From: Amoebidium appalachense | Lineage: Eukaryota; Protista; Ichthyosporea | Direction of reading: 5' to 3' | DNA: 64,000 nucleotides | NCBI GenBank assembly: GCA_963693365.1 | Contig: CAVNZM010000002.1 | Coordinates: forward strand, 5,968,259-6,032,258 | Shown: positions 1 to 24,543 of the stretch, one piece after another | Layout: the number at the start of each line of letters is the position of its first letter | Numbering within the stretch: position 1 is the stretch's first letter | Made by a program: the position numbers and the translations under genes | Notes under the pieces: model-generated | The model's input: the letters and a program-made list of their open reading frames with translations, nothing else | What the model was told of the DNA's origin: nothing | Databases searched by the model: none

Positions 1-265
1 GGGGGGGAAGGGGAGGGGGAGGGGGAAGGGGGGGGGGGGGGGGGGGGGGGGCTAGATGGCGAAGTAGTGAAGATACGAGTGTCGATAGAATGGGCAATCG
101 CATATTCTTAGGGAATAGGTGACAAGAGGGAGAAAAAGCAAGGTTCGATGTGGCATTTTACTCGTCTGGATAGCACAATGGGCTGGGTTAGTAGTAGTAG
201 TGGGATACCATATACTGGTTGTTTTTATTGAGCAATTTCAATGCTGATGGTAGATTGTCTTTACA

Positions 266-363
266 GGATCGTTGAATCTTTTAGGATTACTTGAAAATTA
301 CTGCAAATCGAACGGATCGTTGAGTCTTTTAGGATTACTTGAAAATTACTGCAAATCGAAGGA
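266..363. repeat. 48-bp tandem duplication
   Basis: ggatcgttga(a/g)tcttttaggattacttgaaaattactgcaaatcgaa starts at 266 and again at 314. Confidence 0.9.
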
Positions 364-585
364 AGCATTTTCAAGGAGAGGATAACCGAAGCTGTTGTTG
401 TAAGTTTTCTTGTATGTCGCCAGTGGCGAGCACCAAGAACCTTTTTCTATACACAATTATCCGGCCACAATATCAATGTGTGACCCTTTCACCGATTCGT
501 TTCGAACATCATGTCTCCTCACCCCCCCCCCCCCCTTTATATGTACGTCCCCTCCACCTATGCACACTATCTACACATTCATGGC

Positions 586-3500
586 CTATAAACCGTTCTT
601 ATTGCTGCACCCCGTGAATCTCTTTGCCGGGCACTCATCCGGCAGAGTGTTTCTAGTCATCTCGCACCACTGCCCGCCCTCGAAGTAGCTCTTGGGCCAG
701 CCTGCAGCCACACACGGGGCTGTGTTCCAGGGCTTGGTGCCGTTGGTTCCAACCTCACAGCTGACACGGCAGGCATCAAGCTCGGGCCGCTGGGGGTGGA
801 GGGTGTTGGTGAGAATTTATTGCAGAGTAGACTTTCAATGTAGGCAACATAACACAAAGCTAGCTAGCTCTGCAATGCGGGAGGTTGGGGTGGGTGAGGT
901 GTGTGGGTGGGGGGAGGGGGGGAGGGGGGGGGAGAGGGGGGGGGAGGGGCAATGTGCCGGCTATTAGCAATGTGCCGGCTAATAGCTGAAGAGTGACCAA
1001 AAGGCGGAGGAAGAGGAAGGATTTGGGGGGGAAGGGGGGGGGGGAGGAGGGAAGAGGACGGGGGATTGCGGGGGAGGGGAACGGTGCTGGGGGTGGGGTG
1101 GGGGGGGGGGAGGAATGGTGCTGGAGGGTGGGGCGGGGGCCGGGGGCCAGGAGGGGAAAGGGGGGAGAGAAGGAGGGGGAGGAGGGGAATAGTGCTGGGG
1201 GGGCGGGGGGAGGGGAGGGGGGGGAGAGGAAGGGGTGGAGGATGTGTATGCATACCTTCTTGATAGTGCTGAACTTCATCTTGTTTGCGCGGTCGCAGTA
1301 CATGCATCTTGCAGTGAAGTACTCCGTATTGAGCACTGGCTTATCGGCATTGATGAAGGGCCAGTAGTTGCCACAGTTGCCGTTGATCCAGCACTCCTCG
1401 TTCACAACCATGTCATATGTCTCCCACAGGTAAGAGGCAAACTCGTTGCTGTTCTTGAGTGCAACACCCATACCCCTAGCGTGTGTCTGCGCCACAAGCC
1501 ACTTGTTGAACATAAGTTGGATGGATAGGTCCACTTGGCCGCCGTTGGCCAGGTTGTGCTCGTGGATGATCATGTCGGGGTTGTCCCACTCCATGGCGTC
1601 ACAGCCCTTCTCTCGTGCCTCGTCCAGACGCTGAAGCATGATCCCACCAAACACGTCCATGCGCTTGAGGTCCAGCCACCTGCATGGAACATGGTCAGAA
1701 ACCGTGCTAGGCGCTTAAGTTATAAAGCGATAGGCAATTCTGGGTGGGTGCATATGATAGGCATGCGAAAGGGCCTAGGTGGGTGCATATGGTAGGCATG
1801 CATAAGATATCGACTAAGATCCTCAAGCATGGTACAAAGCCTGCCGGGCAGGGTGTTTTATGATTTTACGTGCTCTGTATCTCTTGTTCTAAGTGTTGAC
1901 AGGGAGAATTTGTTCCGGGGGGAGGGGGAAGGGGTGGACGGGGGGAGGGGGGGAAAGGGGGAGGGGAACATACGCCTCGCCCATGAAGTCATCACCCTTG
2001 CCGAAGTTGAGGTGGCCACCAGCATACTGCAGCAAGAAGTCCTTTGCATCGCGCCTGAAGTTCTCATAGGACCCGGCACTGTGGTAGCACATGACCTTGC
2101 GGCCCTTGGCCTTGAGGCTGGCAATGACCGATGCCGGGGTGTCAAAGTCCACATCGTACAGGGGCACATCGATCTTCTCGTCTATCTCCCCAGTCAGCTG
2201 CCACTGCCACGGTATGCCTGCCTTGGGCTTGAACCAATCATTAACCGTGGCTGGCACCTGGAAGTCACCAATCACACGCTCACAGCCAGGCCCGGTCCAG
2301 CGCCCGGAGCACTCGCAGCGGCCACTGATGACGTCACAGGCACCGTGGCCACTGCAGTCGTTGGGGCACTTGCGCTTGTTGGCCGTGTGGGTAAGCGTGC
2401 TGCGGGATGGATGGGGGGTAATGAGACGGGGTAGACCTAAAGGGAACACAATGTCTTACCAGAACATATGCAAAGTCACCAGGCCACATCCGTAGAGCCC
2501 CCCTTCCCCCCCCCCCCCCCCCCCCCCCCCTCCCTCTCCTTCTCCGCTTCCATTTTGTGTGTGTGTATGTGTGTGTGTGTGTGTGCTTGTGTGTGCGTGT
2601 TTGGGAGAGGGGTTGGGGGAGTATTGTGATGGCTTTGACGATGGAACGAGCAGGCATGAAGCACCCACCTTGCAATGTTCTGGAGGAGAATGCGCGAGCT
2701 GCAGGTGGTGTCCTGCACACGGCCCTTGTCGTCCATTGTCTGGAACGTGCGGTACGTGCGCACCCCATTGGTCTGCAATCAATCACCACATGGTCAGCAA
2801 GTGTGTGCACGTGATAGGTTCATGCATATACGTGTATCTGGATAGGGCTCAAGAATGTGTGTGGGCATGCACCGGGGGACATGTATGTGCAGATGAATGT
2901 ATACGTGCTAAACGTTGAGCATGTGCATCATGCATGTGTGTTTGGGTACTTTTGTGTGTGCATGCATGTGTGTGTGTGTGTGCACGTGTGTGTGTGTGCG
3001 TGTGCGTGTGTGCGTTTGAGTGTATGTGTGAGTTTGTGAGTGTGCGTATGCGAATGAACGTGTGTGTGAGTTTGTGAGTGTGCGTGTGCGTGCACGTGTA
3101 CATCCATGAGTGTGTGCACCCACCACGACGACATCCAGGTACTTGTCGGGGCACTGGTTCTTGTTTGTGTTACCCGTGGGCATGTTTGTGCCGTCCTCGA
3201 ACATGAGGCAGCTGGTGGAGAACTGGTTGGCCGGCAGTGCCTTGAGCATGCCCCTTGCATTCTCATCGTACACTGCAAGCTATGAGTGCATGTTAGCTTG
3301 GTGGGGTATGTGCGCTTGAAGGCTACCCATTGAGGCGGGCTTAGAGGTGTTGACACAGAACCGGTTTGTTACGTGACTGTAAGAATGAGTTTGTTTTCCA
3401 TTTGAGGCGAGGAAGGATTTTCTTTGCGGGGAGGAAGGGTGCTAAATACGAGAGGCACTGCACAGTCGGCGGGAGAAGGGTGGAAGGAGTGGAATATGCA

Positions 3501-5881
3501 GGTTCGAGGAAGAAGAGGAAGGAAAGATGGAGAGGGGGGGAATTGGGGTAGAGAAGGGGAGGAGGGGGGAAGGGGGGGCAAGGGGGCTGTGGCATGCATG
3601 TGTGCATGTGTGTGGTGTGGGTGTGCTATTGGGACATTCGTACCATCCAGCCCTTGGGCAGCTCCTTGGCCGTGAAGCACGAAGTGGTCGTAGCTGCACC
3701 GGGGGCATTGTCCAGCGTGGCATACTCGATCCCTGCATTGGGAGAGATTGGGGGGAGGGGGAGAGGGAGAAGGGGGGAGGGGGTGTGGGGGAGGGTTATC
3801 AGGTGGTGCTGGAAAGGGTGAGGTGCCCGAGGTGTGCACTGCTTTCCAAATGCCCCTAGGGCAAGGTAGTCCATGCAAATTGGGAATATTTTAGATTTAA
3901 GTGTGTGTCTGGCGGTGCTTTTAGCGAGTAGGGAGGAAAGGAACAGGGAAGAGTGAGGAAGAGGGGAGGGGGGGGGGAGGCGGGAGGCGGGCAGGGGGGG
4001 GGAGGAGTGGAGGGGAGGGGGAGAAGAGAAAGAAAATGGAGAGGGAAGGGAGGAAAGTAAGGGAGGGCAGTGAGGGAGGGGTTGAGTAATGAAGGGGAAG
4101 TGATGGTGATGCCAGTTAAGTAGAGTTGAGGGATGATGTTGAGCCACGAGGAAGGGAGGGAATGGGGTGAGGGAGATGCGCAAAAAAAGATGGTGAGTGG
4201 TATAATTGGGCTTATGTCCGTGCTATGGTGCATGCACTTACCGTTGTACTTGAACGAGCTGAGAGATGCTGCTGTGGCGCAGTCTGCCGCATTCTTCTCG
4301 GGGGTCTCCCTGGGCCAGTCACAGCGCCCATCCCCATCCTTGGGGTCACACAGCCCACAGTCCTTGTGGCAAGAGGCACATGTCTCGTTGGCATCGCATG
4401 CGCCATCGCCGCACACGGACGGGCACTGCACAATCACGGGTTAGATGCATGCACAGCAGGCCCAGTAAAACAAGCGCCTCCACAGTGGGTGCCATTTGTT
4501 TTACACCATCATCCTAGGAACAGGTAGACGTTTGAGATACATGGAGTGGGAGAGAGGGCAGAAATGCCGTTTTCCTTGTACAACACCAACCAAATGTAAC
4601 AGCTCACTTTCACACACAACAGCACAAACACTCATAGTGCACAGCAACCAAGCAACCCCCCCCCCCCCCCCCCCCCCCCACCTTTCCGCAGTCGCCCGGG
4701 CAGGTCCAGCAACTCTCCGTGTTCTCACACTTGCCGTTGCCACACACGTGGTCCAGCTTGCAGTCCTGGGGGCAGTTGTACTCGTTCTCGTCGTTGTGGA
4801 TGAAGTCTGCCCGCTGTGCATAGTTGTTCTCACACTTGCCATTGCCACACACGGCTGTAAGGAAGACAGAGATGTAAGCCAAGGAGAGAGGCAGATCAGT
4901 CGTGCAGTTTTCCCAGTGGTTAAGGTGAAGAGAATGAGGGATGAATCGCTCCCTTGCACCAGCATAATGAGGCTGGTTCGGTCTGCATTCCCTACTCACT
5001 ATACGAAGGCAGAGGTAAAAAACACAATTGTTTTATGTCAGGACATAGCATAAGGGAGGGGGACCTACAGACAATGTGGGTGCAGTCCTGTGGGCACGTG
5101 GCACCATCCTCTCCATCGTCACACTGACCGTTTCCTGCAACCAACACCCCGCCATCAGCACATGCACACCAGAATGCGTTGCCTATAGGAGGTTAAATGT
5201 CACAAGGACGGGCTCTGAAAAAGTTGGTTGTTGGGTGTGCTGGTTAGAGTTAGTTTGCCTTGTAACCTTCCCTTTGCTTACAATACACTTGCATTTGCAC
5301 ACATCCCTGAATAACCAATAATTGCATCCAACAATAAAACATGCAAACACATCCAACAGCAATGCGCACGATACCCTGTGGTCTACGTTAAACACAGCTA
5401 CAAGAGGAAACCCACCACAATTCACGGTGCATTTGCAGTCCTGGGGGCATGTCTTACACCATTCACCCTCCTCACACTTTCCATTGCCACATTTTGCCTT
5501 CCACTCGCTCCATGCTGGCACCAAACGTTGGAACTCGGTGTAGTTGGGGCGGAACTTTGACGCATCTACGTTCTGGGGGTAAGTGTACTTGTAGCCAAAA
5601 ACGTAGCCCTCTGGCTGCACCGTCGTTGTGGTTGCAGCGCCTGTGCCCGTGGGTGACCCCGTATTTGTGCCTGGGCTTCCCTGCTGTGCCCCAGAACCAG
5701 AATTGACCTGTGCCTCTGTCGACGGTGCCGAGGTATTGCTGCTGAACACGCCGGCACCCCACAGACCCAGGCACACTGCCGCGGCTACAGTGGCTAAAAC
5801 TACGGCCACCAGCGCAATACGCACACTTGTCCTCTTGAGCAGAGGCAGCTTTTGCTGCTTCGTTTGCTCTGCGTCCGCCAT
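586..5881 (-). CDS. Type II membrane GH114-family glycoside hydrolase (endo-alpha-1,4-galactosaminidase-like) with Cys-rich repeats and an EGF-like domain; 9 exons: 5881-5416, 4854-4682, 4425-4242, 3732-3644, 3279-3124, 2772-2669, 2399-1974, 1679-1256, 789-586
   Basis: GT-AG exons join in phase from MADAEQ... to ...KNGL*. N-terminal TM (VRIALVAVVLATVAAAVCLGLWGAGVF), S/T/G stalk, CGNGKCE/CGDGACD repeats, EGF-like CPNDCSGHGACD..CECSGRWTGPGC. GH114 motifs: WQWQL, YDVDFD, KVMCYHSAGSYE, WLDL, KGCDAMEWDNPD, LKN, VNEEC, KPVLNTEY, KK..LDACR. Confidence 0.88.
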
Positions 5882-6289
5882 GCTTCTATGTTTTTGTCTT
5901 CAAACAGCGCCGCGACACACCCTGTTGTAGATGCGCGACACTGACCGTGCCCCAAGGCCTGCGAACTGTTTTTTACGTGTGGCTCAGAGGAGGGCAAAGC
6001 GGAAAATAGCCGCAATCGGACTTGGCCAGTGCCCTCACACAGGCTACCGATAAAATAAGACGCTCCAATACAGCAAGCGTTTTATTTCATATATGATGTC
6101 AAGGAAGGGACTGTACGATAAAATGGAATAGTAGAGGTGCTTCAAGAGCTTGCAGTGCATGAGTATCAGAAAACCGCAACTTAAACCTCTTATAACAAGC
6201 ATTTTTTGTTTAGAGATCTGCTTTTGTCAAATTTGCAAATAGAGTTTATCTCGCAGTTTTGCAATTTTGCCCTACCTCGGATAGCTTTC

Positions 6290-6625
6290 ATAGCCAATAG
6301 ATGCGATTCAGACCAAGCTTTCTTGATTGGTTGCTTTCGGTGAATACGAACTCCCCCTGTACCCACCCCTCACCGGCAACACAGGCGAGCCGTGAGTATA
6401 TATTGAACTTTTTTCAGTAGCGCTATCTTTCTAGAACACTTTCGAACATGAATATTTCCACGTGCATATGTGAATGATTATACAGAGCGTATCACAAACC
6501 GCGAAGAGAGAGTTTTAAACATACTGTCACACTGCAAAGGAATGCTCTAGGGTGAGCAAAGGTGGTGCTCTCTGAACCAATAGAAGAAGCGCTTACCGGA
6601 ATAAGGTTAGTGCGCCAATCAGGCA
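6290..6625. promoter_or_regulatory. CCAAT-box-rich candidate promoter region upstream of the GH114 gene
   Basis: CCAAT/ATTGG motifs (gccaatag, tgattgg, accaatag, gccaatca) in repeat-free sequence. Confidence 0.35.
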
Positions 6626-6676
6626 TCGCCTGACGGTTCGTTGTAGAGAACCCTCTCTTTTTTCACGTGCATTCTC

Positions 6677-7581
6677 ATGGACTCAGTGCACGTGCTGCAG
6701 AACACGGAACGTACACGTGGGCGCCAGGGAAGCAGCCACGGTGTATGCTCTAACCGAGTATGCCACCTGTTGGCACACACACACACGCACCTTGAAGGCC
6801 CTCACTCTATAACACACGTATGGATGCACACCCAACTCGGAGCTCCTCGAACGGGATTGGGCCAGAGCTCCCTCCGTCCGGATCCTCCCCCCCCCTCCCC
6901 CCCATGCCATCCCGCTCCGCCCTCTCTTTCTCTCTTGCACAGTTATGTTCATGCCAAGCTTCCATGACCACTGTGACACTGAATGTGGTCGGTGTGTGGA
7001 ACGTGGGGAGCCAGAGGTGGGCATGCGCGTGCTAGCTAGGGAGGAGCCACGAAGGGTGGCCGCTCGCCCGGGGTTGGGGAGACACTACCGATTTGTGGCG
7101 CCGAATCAGGGTTCGATCGCGAAGGACGGTGGAGCCCATTAACGGAAGTCGAAATCCCGTTTCGGAAAACCTCTTCGAAAATCGGAATGCTCCGTCGGAG
7201 CAGGCCCACCAAAAATCGTGATCGTCGCGCATCAGTAAACTAGGGCATGCTTATTTGTGCCTATATTGCATCAAACTGCATATTAAAAAACCCCTGTGGT
7301 TATTAGAGGCCTTCCTGGTGTTGGCAGTTGAAGCTTTGAAGGAATAAAAGGGAAATATGAAGTGCATTAATGCACAATATATATATATATATATTGTCTA
7401 CGTATATACGTACGGTCACGTCCTCTTACACATATGTGCGGCAGTGCCAGTGTATATGAGGATATATACTATGTGTGCATATGTATCTAGTTCCTGTGTG
7501 TGTCACTGTGTCCGTGGGCTTATTTTTTCCCAGTGCACGCATTTTCTTTTGTTTGATGAACATGATCATGAATCATGTTAA
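6677..7581 (+). CDS. Possible small Cys/His-rich spliced ORF of unknown function (MDSVHVLQNTE / LMFMPSFHDHCDTECGRCVERGEPE / CTHFLLFDEHDHESC*)
   Basis: ATG follows CCAAT boxes; plausible in-phase GT-AG junctions; no family recognised. Confidence 0.22.
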
Positions 7582-7852
7582 TAGTAGAGGTATTACGCAA
7601 TTTGTGCCTTCCCCGATTCGGATTGGGTCCCTGAAGGGGGGGGGGGGGGGGGGGAAAGAAAATCACGTTGGGTGGTTGTGTTTGTGTTTGTATGTGTGTG
7701 AATATTTTTCTTTGCAATTGTGTGTGTGTGTGTGGTGGGTATGTATGCACGGTGTGTGTGTCTGTGTGTATGTGTACAGGTGTAGGTGTGTGTATTTGTG
7801 TCAGCGGTAATCGGTGTGTGTGTTTCTATGTTGTGTGCATGTGTGCACATGT

Positions 7853-7886
<34 letters not shown>

Positions 7887-9182
7887 ATGACATTGTGTGC
7901 ATGTGTGTGTGTGTTTTGTGTCAACGGTTATGGTGTGTGTGTATGTATGTCCAGTGTGTGTATGTATGTGTATGTGTGTGCAGTGTGGTGTGTATGTATG
8001 CAGGGTGTGTGTGTCTGTGTATGTGTGTGTACATGCCAGTGTGGGTGTGTGTGTTTGTACCAACGGTTTCTTGTGTGTGTGTGTGTGTTTGTGTGTATGT
8101 GTGTGTGTGCCACGGGGTGTGTGTGCGTGCTCCGTGTACATGGTGTGTGTGTGAGGTATAAGTGTGTGTGTTTGTGTGTGTGTGTGTGTGTGTGTTTGTG
8201 TGTGTGTGGGTGGGTGGGTGCATAGCATGTGATTGTACAGGGTGGATGCATGTGCATGTTTGTAATACAGTTATCATGATCTGAGATAGTACGTGCCTGT
8301 GCACGTGTACTAGCCTAGGTCACATGTGTGGTGTCACGGCTGTGCATGTATGTGCATGTGTGTCTTTAAACGGAACACAGTGGTGCACAGTGTGTGTATT
8401 GCCTGCCAGTTAAGCCGCGTGCCACTGATCGTGATACACGTGGCACCTGCACCTGGTGGCCGTCGACTCTGAGCATCTAGATCCATTCCATGTTTAAGCC
8501 TTCCTGGGGAGGAAAGGGGGGGGGGGAGGGAGGGGGGGTTGGGGGGGGGGGGGGGGGGGGGGGGGGGGTCCGCCTGAGAGGGGGGGGGGGGGGGGGAGGG
8601 GTGAGGCCGGAGCGGCGGTGGGGGAGAAGGAGGGGCAGCACTGGTGGAGGGAACGGTGGGCAGCGGAGGAGGGGGGAATGGGGTTCGATTTCTGGGGGGG
8701 GGGAAGTTTTGAAGTGGAGGCCGGCCTACATATATATATACATGCGCAGGCATATGCATTGTATGTTTATGTGGCCATGCATGGCTATGATGCATATATG
8801 GTGTCACGGCTGTGTGTATGTGAATGTGTGTGTGTGTGTCTGTGTGTGTGTGTGTGTGTGTGTGCGCGTGGGTGTGCATAAATGTGTTTGGTGTGACAAC
8901 ATGTACATGTGCTAGGCTGGCGCTGTAGTCAGGGTCTGCCATTGAACATTCTACAGGGACAGGGAGACACGTACGTACGTGTGCAGCTTGTGTGGGTGGT
9001 GTATGCCCCGTGTATGATGAGACCTGCCAAGTCATGAGAAGCTTCCCCCGGGGGGGGGGGGGGGGGGGAGGGGGGGGGGGGGAGGCTCTCGGGCGTTCCG
9101 ATTCGGCCAGGACGATTTTCGGAACTGTGTTTTCAAGATCGGAAATTCCGATTTTGTTCTCGTAACTTCGAACCCTGCGCCG

Positions 9183-9233
<51 letters not shown>

Positions 9234-9711
9234 GAGGGGGGGGGGGGGGGGGGGAGGGGGAGGCTCTCGTAATCAAAATTGCAAGGGTTCAAAGTCGGTA
9301 GAGTCGACATCAAAACAACTTCATGGCTCGAAGCTAATTAGCCGAAGAATCACGTGCATACATGTGCCTGTGCTGCCTGTTAAAAGTAGACGGTGAACTC
9401 GGTGCATGGTCTGTGCATGGTACGGCCACAGGGCCGCATGAGGCGTGCCCGCAGCAACCATATGTCATGGGCAAATACATAAGCTATTTATTACACATAG
9501 GGACAATTTCCAGCGTTCTATCGTTGCAATATTTTGGCTTAAAGGGAGGTCCGGCCTCATGCAAAATTTACGGTGATAGTTATCATTCGTATCCAACAGA
9601 GTTTAGTATCTGAGTATCATAGGTACGTACACTGCCAGACGCAGTAAGACACTGAATTCCTATCTGTGTCATGATGTGACGTGTTTCTAAAGGGACCCCC
9701 CCCCCCCCCCC

Positions 9712-9745
<34 letters not shown>

Positions 9746-9997
9746 AAAACAAAAAAAACTTATGTACTATGTACTCAGAATTATTAGTAATACTATTTTT
9801 TTGGTGCGAGAGAGAGGACCCGGGGGGAGGGGGAAGGGGGGTTTGAGGAGAGGAAAATAATGGGGTGTCGAAAAAGCCAAGAAAGTGTGCGGTGTGGGGG
9901 AAGGGGTTAAAGGTTTGGAGCGGGAAGGCCGTTTGGTTCAGATGGTTGGTGTCTGTCCTACGCTAAGAAGTGTGCGTGCTCCCTGATACATATACAC

Positions 9998-10033
<36 letters not shown>

Positions 10034-10270
10034 TCGTGCAAATAGAACAACGTATCTGAACCTCCCCCCCCCCCCCCCCCCCCCCCTCCCCCCCCCTCCC
10101 CCCTTCCCCCTCCTCCCCGGGATGTGTCTGTGTTTGCCCCTTAGTTCTTCGGCCGCTTGCAACCCATCCAGCCCTCTTGGTCGTTTTCAAACGCCCGTGC
10201 AGTGCCTCTGGCTGCTGCTGCATGCTACTTTTTTTTAGTGTGTGCGTGTGCGTGTGCGTGTATGTGTGTG

Positions 10271-10310
<40 letters not shown>

Positions 10311-10867
10311 CGTGCGCGTGTGTGCGTGTGTGTGTGTGTGCCGGGGGGGGGGGGGGGGGGGGGAGGGGGGAGGGGGGGGGGGGAGGGGGGGGGGAGAGGA
10401 GGGAGGGGTGTATGAACATTCGAGGAGACACATTTATGGTTGAGGTCAGAAGAAAGAAATGCTGGCCATGGTTGGCAGTGGGATGTGCAGCTGATGGGAT
10501 GGATATCGGTATCTTGCATATCTGTCCATCAAAAACTGCATATCTGGCTCAACTATCTTAGTACCAGGTCGATATTGCAGATGTCATAGTGGTAGGAATC
10601 CATGTGAGAAAGGGAAAGAAAAAGGGGGGGAGGGGGGGGGAAAGAAAAAAAGGGGGGAGGGGGGGGGGGAGGGGGCGAGGGGAGGGAGGGGGGCGCAAGG
10701 GGAGGGAGTGGAGGGGGGACGGACGGAGGGAGGGGGAGAGGGGGAGGCCGGAGGGGGGGGGGATAGAATACTGCACCTCGTTCGGAGTATAAACTTACAA
10801 CTTCCAAAACAGATGTGCAAAATGGACACACACTCACTCTTCAATTATTCGACATAAGTGGGGGCCC

Positions 10868-22640
<11,773 letters not shown>

Positions 22641-22879
22641 CTGCATAATTGCCTCACATGCATAATTGCCTCACATGTGATGCATCCCAAAGTATGAATT
22701 GTGTAAATCACAAGTGGAGCTGACAACGGGGGCTTAAGAGAGAGCCCGAGGAGTCAACTCACCGAGCTATTATGGGAGGGTGTGAGGTGCTTCAGGCTGG
22801 TGGCTGGCACGAAAACGAAGGTGGCAGTTGAAGGGTTCAACAGGCGACGACGTCGACGGACAGTTCCCGCCAAAAATTT

Positions 22880-23010
22880 GAGACTGCCAATCATTGGGCA
22901 TCTAGTATGACGTCACCCTGAGGCAATCTATGGAATGCCACGGAGGCAGCTGATGATTGGATAGGTATAACTTGATAAATCGTGTGCATGATTAGGGGTG
23001 ACTCAGGTAA
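22880..23010. promoter_or_regulatory. Divergent PIF1/CREB3-like promoter with CRE, AP-1 and CCAAT motifs
   Basis: TGACGTCA at 22908-22915, TGACTCA at 22999-23005, CCAAT/ATTGG near 22887, 22892 and 22956; lies between head-to-head genes. Confidence 0.5.
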
Positions 23011-23426
23011 CAGCCTGAAGAGGTTTTGTCTCAGAATTCCATTTTGAATACATGTAATATGCATGCTGATGAATGAAATTATAGAAGAAAAAAATTCACA
23101 ATATTCTTATTACTTAAACAGTTATGCTGGTCTGATCAACGGCAGTGCTGATCATGACCAATTAGCTTTTGTTTGGCTATTGAGATCTTGTACGGAATTC
23201 CAGCCAATCAAAGCCTGGTACGTTTGCCAAGAGCCTATCACTCGTTATTTTTTCCATGCTCATGTTGCCGGGACCTTTCTATATCAGCTCAGTCAGCTCC
23301 TGCTGCCAGCTCATGATCAGCTAAAAGTTTCTGACTCGGTTCTTCGTCTTTTTTTGGTGGTTTACAAACCAATTTTTCACATATTATACACATATTTTGC
23401 GACTTTCCCATGCCCATGCAACCACA

Positions 23427-24488
23427 ATGGCCGCAATGGGCCCCAAGGTAGAGTCTGTGCTGCTTGCACGCAAGAGCACAGAAGGCTCGAGCTCGAGCTC
23501 GTCCGACCTGAGCGACTTGAATCTAGACCTAGGCGACCTTTTTGATCTGTCATTTATCGACCCCACATACGCGCACACACAGCAGACAAACTCCTTTGAC
23601 CTACCCACGCTAGACCTGAGTGCACCTATGCTCACGGGCCCTCAGTACATTACGCCTCAACCTGTTTCCTCGCAGCTCACTTTCGACACCTTCGGCCTTC
23701 CAAACAACCTGTTTGCTCCACAAACATTCAATACTGTCAACCCCTTTGCACTATACATGCAGCCGCCGCCAGGACAACTTTTTGTACCGCCAAGCAGTAT
23801 GTCTCTGTCACCGAGTGAGGGGTCACGCAGCACGGGCAGTGAAGAGGACTCGCCGGGGGCAGACGGGCAGGGCAGGCCAGTGCACTTTGTGTCCACCCTT
23901 ACTGAGGCTGAGCGCCGCACACTGACTGCACGTGGCTACGTGCTTGACGAGTGCGTGCCCCTGACCAAGGCGGAGGAGAGGAGGCTCAGGCAGGAGAGGC
24001 GCAAGCTGCGCAACAAGGAGAGCGCCAAGGAGAGCCGGCGCAAGAAGGTGGACTATGTGAAGGGGCTGGAGCGTAGGGTGGAGCTGTGCACGGCCCAGAG
24101 TGTAGACCTGCAGCGCAAGTGCAACGTGCTAGAGGCCAACAACACCAGCTTGCTTGCGCAAGTCCAGGCCCTGCAGCAGCAGGTCCATGACCTGACGGCC
24201 CGCCTGGCCGGCACAAAAGGACACAGCCTCCCTGTGCTTGTGTTTCTCTTTGCCTTCTGCTTTGTCGTGTCTCCTTCCTTCCTCGGTCAGGCCCCGGAAC
24301 TCACCCTACCGAGCACGAAGGCTACTTCAGCACCACACCACAGAGTGCTGTTGTCTGTTCCTGGTGATGTTGTCATGCCTCCTGGGAGGGCCTGTGGGTC
24401 ACGGCCAGTTGTTGGTGGGGAGGTTTGGGATAGTCTTGGTGGGTGTATGCCCACAGATGCAAACGAGTCGTTCATAGAGCTGGATTGA
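23427..24488 (+). CDS. Intronless CREB3/OASIS/Luman-like ER-membrane-anchored bZIP transcription factor
   Basis: LTEAERRTL..GY....PLTKAEERRLRQERRKLRNKESAKESRRKKVDYVKGLERRV (CREB3-type pre-bZIP and basic region), leucine zipper, TM (LPVLVFLFAFCFVVSPSFL), luminal RVLL matching the S1P RxxL motif, acidic N-terminus. Confidence 0.92.
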   Translation: MAAMGPKVESVLLARKSTEGSSSSSSDLSDLNLDLGDLFDLSFIDPTYAHTQQTNSFDLPTLDLSAPMLTGPQYITPQPVSSQLTFDTFGLPNNLFAPQTFNTVNPFALYMQPPPGQLFVPPSSMSLSPSEGSRSTGSEEDSPGADGQGRPVHFVSTLTEAERRTLTARGYVLDECVPLTKAEERRLRQERRKLRNKESAKESRRKKVDYVKGLERRVELCTAQSVDLQRKCNVLEANNTSLLAQVQALQQQVHDLTARLAGTKGHSLPVLVFLFAFCFVVSPSFLGQAPELTLPSTKATSAPHHRVLLSVPGDVVMPPGRACGSRPVVGGEVWDSLGGCMPTDANESFIELD

Positions 24489-24543
24489 ATAGATCATATT
24501 TTTTAAAAAGTTTTGTTTATGAGCACGAATGAATTAAAGCACA

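Noticed and set aside
22923-22942. ERSE element (CCAAT-N9-CCACG) upstream of the CREB3-like gene
   Set aside because: Sequence is GCAAT-N10-CCACG, wrong in both first base and spacing.
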